Assembly (NCBI GenBank): GCA_033856975.1
Contig: JAWVEC010000041.1
Span: forward strand, 1 to 35,159
Reading direction: 5' to 3'
Source: Gaiellales bacterium
GTDB lineage: Bacteria; Actinomycetota; Thermoleophilia; Gaiellales; JAICJC01
DNA length: 35,159 nucleotides
The notes under the pieces are model-generated. The model saw nothing but the letters and a program-made list of their open reading frames with translations, was not told where the DNA came from and searched no databases. The first letter of the stretch is position 1. The number at the start of each line of letters is the position of its first letter. The translations under genes were made by a program, and so were the position numbers. Shown one piece after another: positions 8,159-15,970 of the stretch.

Positions 8159-8911
8159 CTACGGCAACCGGGCGCGCTCGCCGTCCAGCGTTGCCAGCCC
8201 ATCGGCGATCAGCGCGTCCAGCGCCTCCCTGTCGACCTGCGCCGCCTCGAGCGGGCCGTCGGCCGCCAGCCGCTTCAACAGCCCGCTCCGCCGTTGCCGG
8301 AACGAGCCTTGGAACGCCGACTGGCGACGCAGCGGGGCGAACGTCATGCCGCGTGACGGGCAACCTCCGGCCAGTGGGCAGATCTCGCAGCGCGGCCGGC
8401 GGGCGATGCAGATCGTGCTGCCGAGGTCGAACAGGGCCTGGTTCCACTCGTAGGCGTGTGCGGCCGGCGGCCTCGTGTCGGCCCGGCCCAGCCGGCCCAG
8501 CACCCGGCGCGCGTTGGTGTCGGGTGCGGCCACCTGTGCGCCGAAGGCGAAGCAGGCCAGGGCGGCGGCGGTGTACGGCCCGATCCCTGGCAGCCGCTCC
8601 AGCTCGGCCGGCTCGCGCGGGAAGCCGCCCCGCTCCGCGACCGCCGTCGCACAGCGGTGCAGGCTGACGGCGCGGCGGTTGTAGCCGAGTCCGTCCCAGG
8701 CCCGGATCACATCTGCCAGATCGGCCGCGGCCAGCGCCTCGACCGTCGGCCAGCGCTCGAGCCAGGCTTCGTATCGGGGTAGCACCCGGGACACCTGGGT
8801 CTGCTGCAGCATCACCTCGCTGACGAGGATCGCGTACGGATCTCGCGTCCGCCGCCACGGCAGGTCGCGGCCGCTGTCGCCGTACCAAGCCAAAAGCAGC
8901 TTCTGCACCAC
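8159..8911 (-). CDS. mutY: A/G-specific adenine glycosylase (MutY-type HhH-GPD/[4Fe-4S] glycosylase), short form
   Basis: LPWRRTRDPYAILVSEVMLQQTQV, the HhH motif LPGIGPYTAAA, the catalytic-Asp context PDTNARRV, and the C-x6-C-x2-C-x5-C cluster (CIARRPRCEICPLAGGC). At 250 aa it has only a ~60-aa tail after the cluster, so no full NUDIX-like domain. Confidence 0.85.
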   Translation of the reverse strand: MVQKLLLAWYGDSGRDLPWRRTRDPYAILVSEVMLQQTQVSRVLPRYEAWLERWPTVEALAAADLADVIRAWDGLGYNRRAVSLHRCATAVAERGGFPREPAELERLPGIGPYTAAALACFAFGAQVAAPDTNARRVLGRLGRADTRPPAAHAYEWNQALFDLGSTICIARRPRCEICPLAGGCPSRGMTFAPLRRQSAFQGSFRQRRSGLLKRLAADGPLEAAQVDREALDALIADGLATLDGERARLP

Positions 8912-8998
8912 GCGAAGCCTAGATCAGCCGCCGGCCGCGAGCATCCCCAAGAAGCGCCCACCGTGGCGACCCGGGGACATCTTCTCTCAAAGCCAAAC

Positions 8999-9026
8999 GG
9001 GGCCCGGAGACGGATCTCCAGGCCCC
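8999..9026 (-). terminator. Hairpin downstream of the secreted-protein gene
   Basis: ggggcccggagacggatctccaggcccc forms 6+5 bp of stem with one internal mismatch. On the minus strand it is followed by GTTTGGCTTTGAG (T-rich) and starts 16 nt after the stop at 9042. Confidence 0.5.
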
Positions 9027-9041
9027 GCGAGACACCGCTTG

Positions 9042-10664
9042 CTAGCGGTGCAGGATCAGCTCGTAGGTGACGTTGTCGCCGTGCTGGGCGGTGTAGAACG
9101 TCCTCCACGCCGATCCGGCCACCAACGGCCGGGGAGTCTTGACTCCCAGGATGCCGGACACGCTGGCATCACCGTCCGAGATGTGGATCCCGGTGATTTC
9201 GTTGTCGCCGTCGTTCTGGAACCCGGTCATGCCCAGGAACGCCGAGTCGAGCGTTGCCGAGGGGTCACGGCCCTGAGCGAGCAGGCGCACGGGCGCCGGC
9301 GTGGCTGGGTTGCCGTAGCCGGCCGCGGCGTTGAGCTGCCACATCGAGTCGAACCCGTTTCGCTGCGAGTGCAGCGTGTCCCCGGCGTCCTCGACCACGA
9401 TCAGGTTGTGGTTGTCGGCGAACGCCAGGTTGTCGAATGCCGCATGGGTCGCGTCGCCCCGGTAGAGCAGATTCAGCGAGCCCGTGTTGGCAGACGGATT
9501 GGCCTGGTTGAGCCGGAACAGCGACCCGAAGCCGCCGTCCTGCGAGCCGGCCTCGGTGTTGATGTCGGTGTCGCCGGTCTCATCGAACACGAACTGCCGG
9601 AAGTCCGTCCCCGGCCGGAACACGCCGTTCTCGGGCCGCTTGAACGGGGTTGCGCCAGCGGCCTTGGCCAGGCTGTTGGCGTCGAACGGCGTGGTGCCGT
9701 CGACCGCCGTGTCGTGGATGGTCACCCACCTGGTCTTGAAGGTGAGCCCGTAGGTACGGAGATCCCTGGTGTCGTTGCTGAGGATATCCGCGTCGGCGGC
9801 GCCGCTGTGGAAGACGATCGGTGTAGCGGTGCGACGCGACATCACCTGTAAAGCCTGCAGCACCCCGCCGGCGGTCAGGTGGTAGGGATCGGCCGGTGTG
9901 TAGCGATACAGGAAGCTGTTGGGCTGCTTCGCGTGCGAGTTGACCGTGCCCTTGGCCCCGCCCACGTCCTCGACGAACCAGAGGTTGCCGGCGGAGTCGT
10001 TCTGCACTCCTTCATAGCCACCCCGGCCGATGTAGCCGGAGATGTCCCGCACCCGGGACGGGTACCCGGCCGTGGCCTGGTACTCGCCGGCCGACGAGCT
10101 CTCGGTGGTGAAGATCAGCCGCTTGGCGAACGGGTCCCAGGTGGAGCCGTCGATGTTCGCCAGGTCGTTGCCCTTCACGTCCTGCGTTGCCATCAGCGTG
10201 ACGCGGTGTGCAGCGTCGGCGTCGAGGTTGATGCGTGTGATGTAGCCGGGCGAGCTGTGCTCGTGGCCCTGGAACAGAAAGTGCGTGCCGTAGTCGTAGC
10301 TTTGATCGGGGCCGGTCTGGCCCTTGAGTACGAGGTAGGTGTTCTTGTCCGGCTCGGTCTTGGTCGCCTCCACCGTGTGCGACGCCGTGGGCAGGTCGCC
10401 GGGCGCCGGCAGCAGCGGCCCGTCGCCGTCGTAGCCGTAGTACGGCACGGCGGATGTGCCGCCGTCCAGTGCCTCCGAGCCGCGTGTGATCTCGATCTGC
10501 GCCAGTCCTGGTGAGAGCAGTGTGGGCGCCGGGACGCCGGCTGCCTTGGGCTGCGCCGGTGACACCCCGGGCAGTGCGGGAAATGCGCCGGCCGCGCCCG
10601 CGAACGCGAGCGTGCAGCCGACCACCGTTGCCGCAGCCAGAGGCAACCGCTTTGAACGATGCAT
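9042..10664 (-). CDS. Secreted beta-propeller-like protein, probably PhoX/DUF839-like (phosphatase function not proven)
   Basis: Sec-type signal peptide (MHRSKRLPLAAATVVGCTLAFAGAAGA). Segments reminiscent of PhoX/DUF839: TPFKRPENGVFRPG, GGYEGVQNDSAGNLWFVEDVGG, FDNLAFADNHNLIVVEDAGD and DNEITGIHISDGD. AGGAGG lies 7 nt upstream of the ATG. Confidence 0.6.
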   Translation of the reverse strand: MHRSKRLPLAAATVVGCTLAFAGAAGAFPALPGVSPAQPKAAGVPAPTLLSPGLAQIEITRGSEALDGGTSAVPYYGYDGDGPLLPAPGDLPTASHTVEATKTEPDKNTYLVLKGQTGPDQSYDYGTHFLFQGHEHSSPGYITRINLDADAAHRVTLMATQDVKGNDLANIDGSTWDPFAKRLIFTTESSSAGEYQATAGYPSRVRDISGYIGRGGYEGVQNDSAGNLWFVEDVGGAKGTVNSHAKQPNSFLYRYTPADPYHLTAGGVLQALQVMSRRTATPIVFHSGAADADILSNDTRDLRTYGLTFKTRWVTIHDTAVDGTTPFDANSLAKAAGATPFKRPENGVFRPGTDFRQFVFDETGDTDINTEAGSQDGGFGSLFRLNQANPSANTGSLNLLYRGDATHAAFDNLAFADNHNLIVVEDAGDTLHSQRNGFDSMWQLNAAAGYGNPATPAPVRLLAQGRDPSATLDSAFLGMTGFQNDGDNEITGIHISDGDASVSGILGVKTPRPLVAGSAWRTFYTAQHGDNVTYELILHR

Positions 10665-10686
10665 GTTTGACCCTCCTGGATGATTC

Positions 10687-10706
10687 CCGGCCCGTGGCTG
10701 GGCCGG
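10687..10706 (-). terminator. GC hairpin between the OmpR-type regulator gene and the secreted-protein gene
   Basis: ccggccc gtggct gggccgg: 7-bp stem, 6-nt loop, 40 nt downstream of the regulator stop. No U-tract follows. Confidence 0.35.
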
Positions 10707-10745
10707 CCGCGAGTCACCGTATGGCGGCGCGCCGGCCCGGTGGGT

Positions 10746-11531
10746 TCAAGAGTCGTAGGGGTCCGGTTTGGTGGTGGTGAAGATTGTGACGCCGGGCCTC
10801 GCGGCCATCGCGTTCCCCTGGGCGGGGCCGGAACGGTCGATCTGCTCCGGATCGAACCGGTATCCCACCCCGTAATGGGTGTGGATGTAGGCGTGTGTGG
10901 TAGATCGCTGGTCGAGCTTCTCCCTCAGCTTGCGGATGCAGACGTCCACCGAGCGGTCGCGTGGCCGGTGGGGTGTCCCCCATACCCGCTGCTGGAGCTG
11001 ATCGCGGCTGAGCACTCGGCCGCGCTCCGACGCCAGCGCCGAGAGCAGCCGGAACTCTGTCCTGGTCAGCTGGGCGTCCTCGCCCTCGAGCAATGCGCGG
11101 TGGAGGTTGGGATCGATCACCAGCCCCGGCACCTCGATCCGCTCGCGTCCCGCCCCCTCACGCGCCACCCCTGCCCGGCGGATGGCCGCCTTGACGCGGG
11201 CGACCAGCTCGTTCATCCCGAACGGCTTCGCGAGGTAGTCGTCGCCGCCGATGCCCAGGGCGTGCACCTTGTCCTGCTCGGAGCCGCGCGCGCTGATCAC
11301 GATCACAGGGATGCCGACGCCGTCGGCGCGCAGCGACTCGATGATCCGCCAGCCGTCCATGCCGGGAAGCATCAGGTCGATGATGGCCACATCCGGGCGT
11401 TCGAAGCGAAGCTTCTTCATCCCCCGGTCGCCTCGATCCGACCACTCCACCTCCATGCCTTCGCGTCGGAGGTGGGTGGCCATGGCGTTTGCGATCACCC
11501 TGTCGTCCTCGACGATCAGGACGCGTGGCAT
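10746..11531 (-). CDS. OmpR/PhoB-family response regulator (REC + winged helix), no adjacent kinase
   Basis: RVLIVEDDRVI, DVAIIDLMLPGMDG, GGDDYLAKPF, then the Trans_reg_C region (LTRTEFRLLSALASERGRVLSRDQL...VDVCIRKLREKL...GVGYRF). A ~35-aa C-terminal tail follows the conserved end. Confidence 0.9.
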   Translation of the reverse strand: MPRVLIVEDDRVIANAMATHLRREGMEVEWSDRGDRGMKKLRFERPDVAIIDLMLPGMDGWRIIESLRADGVGIPVIVISARGSEQDKVHALGIGGDDYLAKPFGMNELVARVKAAIRRAGVAREGAGRERIEVPGLVIDPNLHRALLEGEDAQLTRTEFRLLSALASERGRVLSRDQLQQRVWGTPHRPRDRSVDVCIRKLREKLDQRSTTHAYIHTHYGVGYRFDPEQIDRSGPAQGNAMAARPGVTIFTTTKPDPYDS

Positions 11532-11688
11532 GACACGCTCGCTGTTCGCCGGCCAAGCTCGTCGATCATCGAGTCGGAGTGTCGCCCTTCCGCGACCTCA
11601 CCGGGGGGTTGGCACGGTGTCGATCGGGTGAAGGTACGGTGAAGATGGCCGCGACGATCGCGTTGGAGCGAGCGCCGCGGTGTCCGCG

Positions 11689-11826
11689 CTAGGCGCGGCC
11701 GGCCACCCGCGGATGGTAGATGGCGCGAACGGTGGCCCGGTGACAGCGGCGGCAGACCGAGAGGTTGGTCGCCTTTTCGAACATCTGGCAGTTGGGGTTC
11801 GCGCACTTGTGATCAGATTTGGCCAT
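11689..11826 (-). CDS. Candidate 45-aa zinc-ribbon protein (not a separate entry in the ORF track)
   Basis: ATG 11826 to TAG 11689 encodes MAKSDHKCANPNCQMFEKATNLSVCRRCHRATVRAIYHPRVAGRA, with a CX4C...CX2CH pattern. 37 of 44 codons after the ATG end in G/C, like real genes here. AGGAAG/GGTGG lies upstream. It is the 3' end of the otherwise implausible 234-aa track ORF 11689..12393. Confidence 0.5.
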   Translation of the reverse strand: MAKSDHKCANPNCQMFEKATNLSVCRRCHRATVRAIYHPRVAGRA

Positions 11827-12424
11827 TGCGGCCACCTGCTTCCTGGGTGCTTCCGCCCGGGGGTGTCCCCGGGTGGGCGAGAGGTGCGTCTCCCGGGTCA
11901 TCGGATGAAGCGGGCGAAGCATGAGCCGAAAGCGAGCCATCCGATGCGCCGCCGGTTGGCCGCTGAAGCCCGTGGGTGTGGCCGGGGGCCTCGCACAACG
12001 CCTTGACCCGGGATACCGCGTCGTGGGCGGCGTGCTGAAGGATGCCGCCCAGCAGCGGCCGGACGACGCGCCAGCGGCCGGACGCCTCCGCGCTGATACG
12101 GACGATGACGCTGGTGACGCCGTCGAGGGGATCGACCTGGTAGTCGACGGTGAACCAGAAATTCTCGCGCCCGACGCTGGCGATGCCGAGCGTCCGAGGT
12201 GGCGCGAAGGTGTCCACGGTGAATACGTGTGTGAACGACGCGGCGAACGCGCGGGTGTCGACCTGGTACACCGCGCCCAGCCCGCCGCGTGGGGAGAGCC
12301 GCGAGATGGCCGCGAAGGGCGGCGGATCCGCAAACGCAGCGATCGTCTCGAACACCTCGGCCGGCGTTGCGGCCACATGGATAGAGGCTTCACGGCTCGT
12401 CACGGTCATCTCCATCGGCATCAC
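11813..12424 (-). CDS. SRPBCC-superfamily (polyketide cyclase/dehydrase-like) protein with a low-complexity tail
   Basis: The N-terminal ~150 aa follow the usual SRPBCC pattern (SIHVAATPAEVFETIA...; alternating beta-strand region; C-terminal helix GGILQHAAHDAVSRVKAL). The last ~50 aa are P/G/S-rich with lower third-position GC and overlap the zinc-ribbon ORF by 14 nt. Confidence 0.65.
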   Translation of the reverse strand: MMPMEMTVTSREASIHVAATPAEVFETIAAFADPPPFAAISRLSPRGGLGAVYQVDTRAFAASFTHVFTVDTFAPPRTLGIASVGRENFWFTVDYQVDPLDGVTSVIVRISAEASGRWRVVRPLLGGILQHAAHDAVSRVKALCEAPGHTHGLQRPTGGASDGSLSAHASPASSDDPGDAPLAHPGTPPGGSTQEAGGRNGQI

Positions 12425-12509
12425 CGCGCACGATGGTTAGGGCTCGATGGCGTCCGCGACTACTCTGATGAACCGGCTCAAGCCACGCCATGCATCGAAG
12501 GAGATCGCC

Positions 12510-13151
12510 ATGAGCTTCACCCTCCCCGACCCGGGTCCCCCCAACCTCGAGTTCGAGCGCCCGGCCGACCGTGCCCGCCTCGAGCGCACGGCGGCGGCGA
12601 TGGAGGTGCGCGGCTTCAAGGCTCATGTCGCCGACAGCGCGGATCATGCTCGTACGCTGGTGCTGGACGCGCTTCCCGAGGGCGCCGAGGTGCACAGCGC
12701 GCTCTCGCAGACCATGCAGGAGCTCGGCATCACGGCCGAGATCGACGAGTCGGGCCGCTACGACTCGGTCCGCAAGCGGCTCAGCAGCTTCGATCGCGAG
12801 ACGCAGGGCCGCGAGATGCGAAAGCTCGGTGCCGCTCCCGACTTCATCGTGGGCAGCGCCCACGCGATCACCGACGACGGCCAGGTCGTGGTCGGCTCGG
12901 GATCCGGTAGCCAGCTGGGCGCGTATGCCTACACCGGCGGGCGGGTGATCCTCGTGGTCGGACACCAGAAGCTCGTGCGCGACCTCGACGAGGGGCTGCG
13001 GCGCGTCCGCGAGTACAGCCTGCCGCGGGAGTTCCTGCGCATGCAGGAGCTCGGCCATCCGGGCAGCCTGCTGGCGAAGACGCTGATCATCCACGCCGAG
13101 CCGGGCGGGCGGATCACCGTGATCCTGGTGCCGGAGTCGCTCGGATTCTGA
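12510..13151 (+). CDS. LUD-domain (LutC/YkgG-like) protein
   Basis: GSAHAITDDGQVVVGSGSGSQLGAYAYTGGRVILVVGHQKLV and RITVILVPESLGF are typical of the LUD/DUF162 fold. GAAGGAG lies 6 nt upstream of ATG 12510. The track start at 12447 is an upstream extension. Confidence 0.75.
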   Translation: MSFTLPDPGPPNLEFERPADRARLERTAAAMEVRGFKAHVADSADHARTLVLDALPEGAEVHSALSQTMQELGITAEIDESGRYDSVRKRLSSFDRETQGREMRKLGAAPDFIVGSAHAITDDGQVVVGSGSGSQLGAYAYTGGRVILVVGHQKLVRDLDEGLRRVREYSLPREFLRMQELGHPGSLLAKTLIIHAEPGGRITVILVPESLGF

Positions 13152-13169
13152 GCCTGTAAGTCCTGACAG

Positions 13170-14405
13170 TCAGAGCGCGACGAGAGGGATCCGCAGCCGA
13201 GCCACGGTTCCCTCGCCGACGGTCGACTCGATCTCCAGCCCGCCACCCGCCAGGCGCAGCCGTTCGGCGGTCGAGTCGAGCCCGAGGTGCAGCGGGGCGG
13301 TGCGCTGGTCAAGCGCGCGCCGCACATCGAAGCCGGCGCCGTCGTCGGCCACCTCCCCCGCCAGCACGTCGCCATCCAGTGCCAGCCGGACGCGCACCTG
13401 CGACGCCGCGGCGTGACGGCGGACGTTCGACAGCAGCTCCGCGAACGTCCGGTAGGCGAGCAGCTCGACCGGCTCGGGCAAACGGTCGAAGTGACACTCG
13501 ATCACGCCCTCGAACCCCTCCTCGGCCGCCAGCACCCGCAGCAGCTGCCCGACGGCGGCCGGCAGCCCCGATGCCAGCAGCAGCGGCGGCCGCAGCTCGA
13601 ACATCAGCGTGCGCGTGCGGTTGATCGCCAGTGACAGCGTCTCGCTGGCCGCGCGGGCCTGGTCGACGAGGTCGTCGCGTCCCAGCTCGCGCATGCTTCG
13701 CACCAGCCGGTCGAGCGACAGCAGCGTGGCCGTCATCACCTGCACCGTGTCGTCGTGCAGGTCGGTCGCGATCCGCGTGCGCTCCTGCTCGGCGCTCTGC
13801 AGCAGGGCCGCCTGCGCCTGGCGCCGCTGGCGGGCGCTGGTGTCGAGCGCCCAGGCCAGGCCGAGCACGTTTGCGATCGCCTGCAGGAAGGCGATGTTGT
13901 CCGTGCTGAAGGTGCGCGGGCGGGTGCTGAGCGCCCCGATCACGCCCAGCGGGCCGTCCGGCCCCAGGATGCGAACGCCGATGCTGCTGCGGATTCCGAT
14001 CGCGAGCGTCATCTCGCTGAACTGGATCCGCCGTTCCTGGAGCACGTCGTTCACCACCAGCGGCTCGCCCGACGCCAGGATCGCGCCCACCTGCGTATCG
14101 GGGCTGTCGGTGAAGCTGAGCGGCTGCGGCGAGGGCGGCCAGCCGCGGCCCGCCAGCATCACCAGCGCGCCCTCATCGGCGCGGTGCTCGAGCACGCCGG
14201 TGTACTCGACCTCGAGCGAGTCGCGGACGAGATCGACCGAGCGCTCGAGCAGCTCGTCCAGCGGCATCCCGCGCAGTGCGTCCTGCCCGAACCCGGCCAC
14301 CGTCCGCTGCTCCTCGAGCGCCGCTCGCAGTGCCCGCTCGACGTCGCTCGGCTCGACTCGCTGCGCCTGGGGCGGCGTCGGCGTCGGCTGCGCGCGGCTA
14401 TCCAT
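13170..14405 (-). CDS. Cytoplasmic GAF-domain sensor histidine kinase (HisKA_3 + HATPase_c), no adjacent regulator
   Basis: One GAF-like N-terminal domain, the H-box ERTRIATDLHDDTVQ, and ATPase motifs ELLSNVRRHA, DDGAGFD and LGLDSTAERL. No TM segments are visible. Confidence 0.85.
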   Translation of the reverse strand: MDSRAQPTPTPPQAQRVEPSDVERALRAALEEQRTVAGFGQDALRGMPLDELLERSVDLVRDSLEVEYTGVLEHRADEGALVMLAGRGWPPSPQPLSFTDSPDTQVGAILASGEPLVVNDVLQERRIQFSEMTLAIGIRSSIGVRILGPDGPLGVIGALSTRPRTFSTDNIAFLQAIANVLGLAWALDTSARQRRQAQAALLQSAEQERTRIATDLHDDTVQVMTATLLSLDRLVRSMRELGRDDLVDQARAASETLSLAINRTRTLMFELRPPLLLASGLPAAVGQLLRVLAAEEGFEGVIECHFDRLPEPVELLAYRTFAELLSNVRRHAAASQVRVRLALDGDVLAGEVADDGAGFDVRRALDQRTAPLHLGLDSTAERLRLAGGGLEIESTVGEGTVARLRIPLVAL

Positions 14406-14470
14406 TGCGGCAGTATCCCCGACCGCGACCGGATCGGCGCCGCGCGGCGCTCACCTGCGACAATCCGGGA

Positions 14471-14845
14471 ATGAATCCCCACCTCTCGGAGTCCGACTGG
14501 GCGGCGCTGGCCGAGCGCGGCCACGAGCAGGATGCTCCGCAGGGCCAGGTGCTGCTGCGCGAGGGCGCCAGCGGCGGCTCGCTGTTCGTGATCCTGAGCG
14601 GCAGCGTTGCCATCACCCGCGGCGGCCGGCGCATCGCCGAGCTGGGAGAAGGCGAACTGCTGGGCGAGATGGCGGTGCTGGGGGACGGCGCGCGCACGGC
14701 CAGCGCGGTGGTCGAGAGCGACGCGCGGCTGCTGGTGGTGCCGGCCAGTGCAGCCCACCAACTGGTGGACGAGCGGCCAACCCTGCGCGCGGCGCTCGAG
14801 CAGGCGGCGTCGGCGCGACGACCGGTCGATCCGGATCAGGGATAG
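14471..14845 (+). CDS. Stand-alone cyclic-nucleotide-binding (CAP_ED) domain protein, 124 aa
   Basis: LFVILSGSVAI...GEGELLGEMAVLGDGARTASAVV...ARLLVVP is the beta-roll with the phosphate-binding cassette (GE...R[TS]A). No output domain. The track start at 14276 is antisense-overlapping and not credible. Confidence 0.8.
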   Translation: MNPHLSESDWAALAERGHEQDAPQGQVLLREGASGGSLFVILSGSVAITRGGRRIAELGEGELLGEMAVLGDGARTASAVVESDARLLVVPASAAHQLVDERPTLRAALEQAASARRPVDPDQG

Positions 14846-14854
14846 CGTAGGCAG

Positions 14855-15970
14855 ATGTCAGTCCGCGTCCGCTTCGCCCCCAGCCCGACGGGCTCCCTGC
14901 ATCTGGGCAGCTCGCTGACGGCCGTCACCAACTGGCTGTTTGCCCGGCACAACGGCGGAGCGCTGGTGCTGCGGATCGACGACACCGACGCCGGCCGCAC
15001 CGTGGCGGGCGCCGAGGACGAGATCATCGCCGACCTGACCTGGCTCGGCCTGGACTGGGATGAGGGTCCGATCAGGCAGAGCGAGCGGATGCAGCGGCAT
15101 GTCGATGCAGCCACCAGCGTGCCCGGCGCGTACACCCGTGAGGGTGCCGTGTGGCTGAAGGCCGAGGCGACGCCCGAGTTCGTGATCGTGCGCTCGGACG
15201 GACGGCCCACCTACCACTGGGCGACCGCGGTGGACGAGGTCGATCTGGGCATCACGCATGTCATCCGTGGCAACGACCACCTCTCGAACACGCCGCTCCA
15301 GATCGCGGCCATCCGCGCGCTGGGCGCGGAGCCGCCGGTCTACCTGCACCACGCGCTGGTGCGCGGCGACCAGGGCAAGCTGTCCAAGCGCGAGGGTGCC
15401 GAATCGATCTCCGACCTGCGCCGGCTGGGCTACCCGCCGGAGGCGGTGGTGAACCTGCTGGCGCTGGTCGCCAGCTCCGGCCCCGGCGATGTGATGGACA
15501 GGGACGAGCTGATAGCCCGGTTCGATGCCGAGCGGCTGGCGCGAGGCGAGGTCGTGCTCGAGATGTCGCGCCTGCGCGCGCTCTCGACCGCCCACCTCAG
15601 CCGTCTCCGCGAAGGTGAGCTGGTCGCTCGCGTGATGCCGTTCGCGCCCGCCGCGGCCACAGAGCGGCAGGTGGCCTCGCTGGCGCCCGCGCTGCGCGGC
15701 GTCCACACCCTGGCCGAGGCCGGCGACCTGGTGGCCTGCGTCACCCAGCCGCCCGAGCCACGGTCGTTGCCCGAGTTGGCGACGATCCGGGAACGCTACC
15801 CCGAGCGGCTGTCCGAGCATCAGGCGCGCGAGCTGGTCGACGATCTGCGGCGTGCCGGCGTGCCGCTGCGCGATGCCCGCATCTCGCTCACCGGCCGTGA
15901 GCGCGGCCCGGAGCTGTGGGCGGTGCTGGCCGCGTTGCCGCGGGACGAGGCGATCAGGCGGGCTGCGTGA
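14855..15970 (+). CDS. gltX: Glutamate--tRNA ligase-like protein, unusually compact (371 aa)
   Basis: Class-I motifs SPTGSLHLGS (HIGH) and KLSKR (KMSKS), plus LRIDDTDAGR, WLGLDWDEGPIRQSER, SDGRPTYHWATAVDE and THVIRGNDHLSNTP. The GluRS-type C-terminus is present (ARISLTGRERGPELWAVLAALPRDEAIRR). It sits in the position gltX occupies in Bacillus. Confidence 0.75.
   Translation: MSVRVRFAPSPTGSLHLGSSLTAVTNWLFARHNGGALVLRIDDTDAGRTVAGAEDEIIADLTWLGLDWDEGPIRQSERMQRHVDAATSVPGAYTREGAVWLKAEATPEFVIVRSDGRPTYHWATAVDEVDLGITHVIRGNDHLSNTPLQIAAIRALGAEPPVYLHHALVRGDQGKLSKREGAESISDLRRLGYPPEAVVNLLALVASSGPGDVMDRDELIARFDAERLARGEVVLEMSRLRALSTAHLSRLREGELVARVMPFAPAAATERQVASLAPALRGVHTLAEAGDLVACVTQPPEPRSLPELATIRERYPERLSEHQARELVDDLRRAGVPLRDARISLTGRERGPELWAVLAALPRDEAIRRAA

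Noticed and set aside
8148-8888. 246-aa minus-strand ORF in an alternate frame of the glycosylase gene
   Set aside because: The 8159..8911 frame carries the HhH-GPD and Fe-S cluster motifs. The alternate frame is Arg/Pro/Gly-rich filler.
2997-14845. Mobile genomic island inserted into the conserved backbone
   Set aside because: I saw no integrase, transposase, phage or conjugation genes, no flanking direct repeats and no adjacent tRNA. Codon bias looks the same as in the flanks. I treat it as an old rearrangement, not a mobile element.
13609-14850. 413-aa plus-strand ORF and the 14276 start of the cNMP-binding ORF
   Set aside because: Most of it is antisense to the GAF kinase and rich in Ser/Arg/Ala. 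Only the last 124 codons, from ATG 14471 in a different entry's frame, show a real domain.
14846-15966. T-box leader upstream of gltX/cysS, as in Firmicutes
   Set aside because: There are only 9 nt between the cNMP-binding gene and gltX-like, and cysS overlaps gltX-like. There is no room for a leader.
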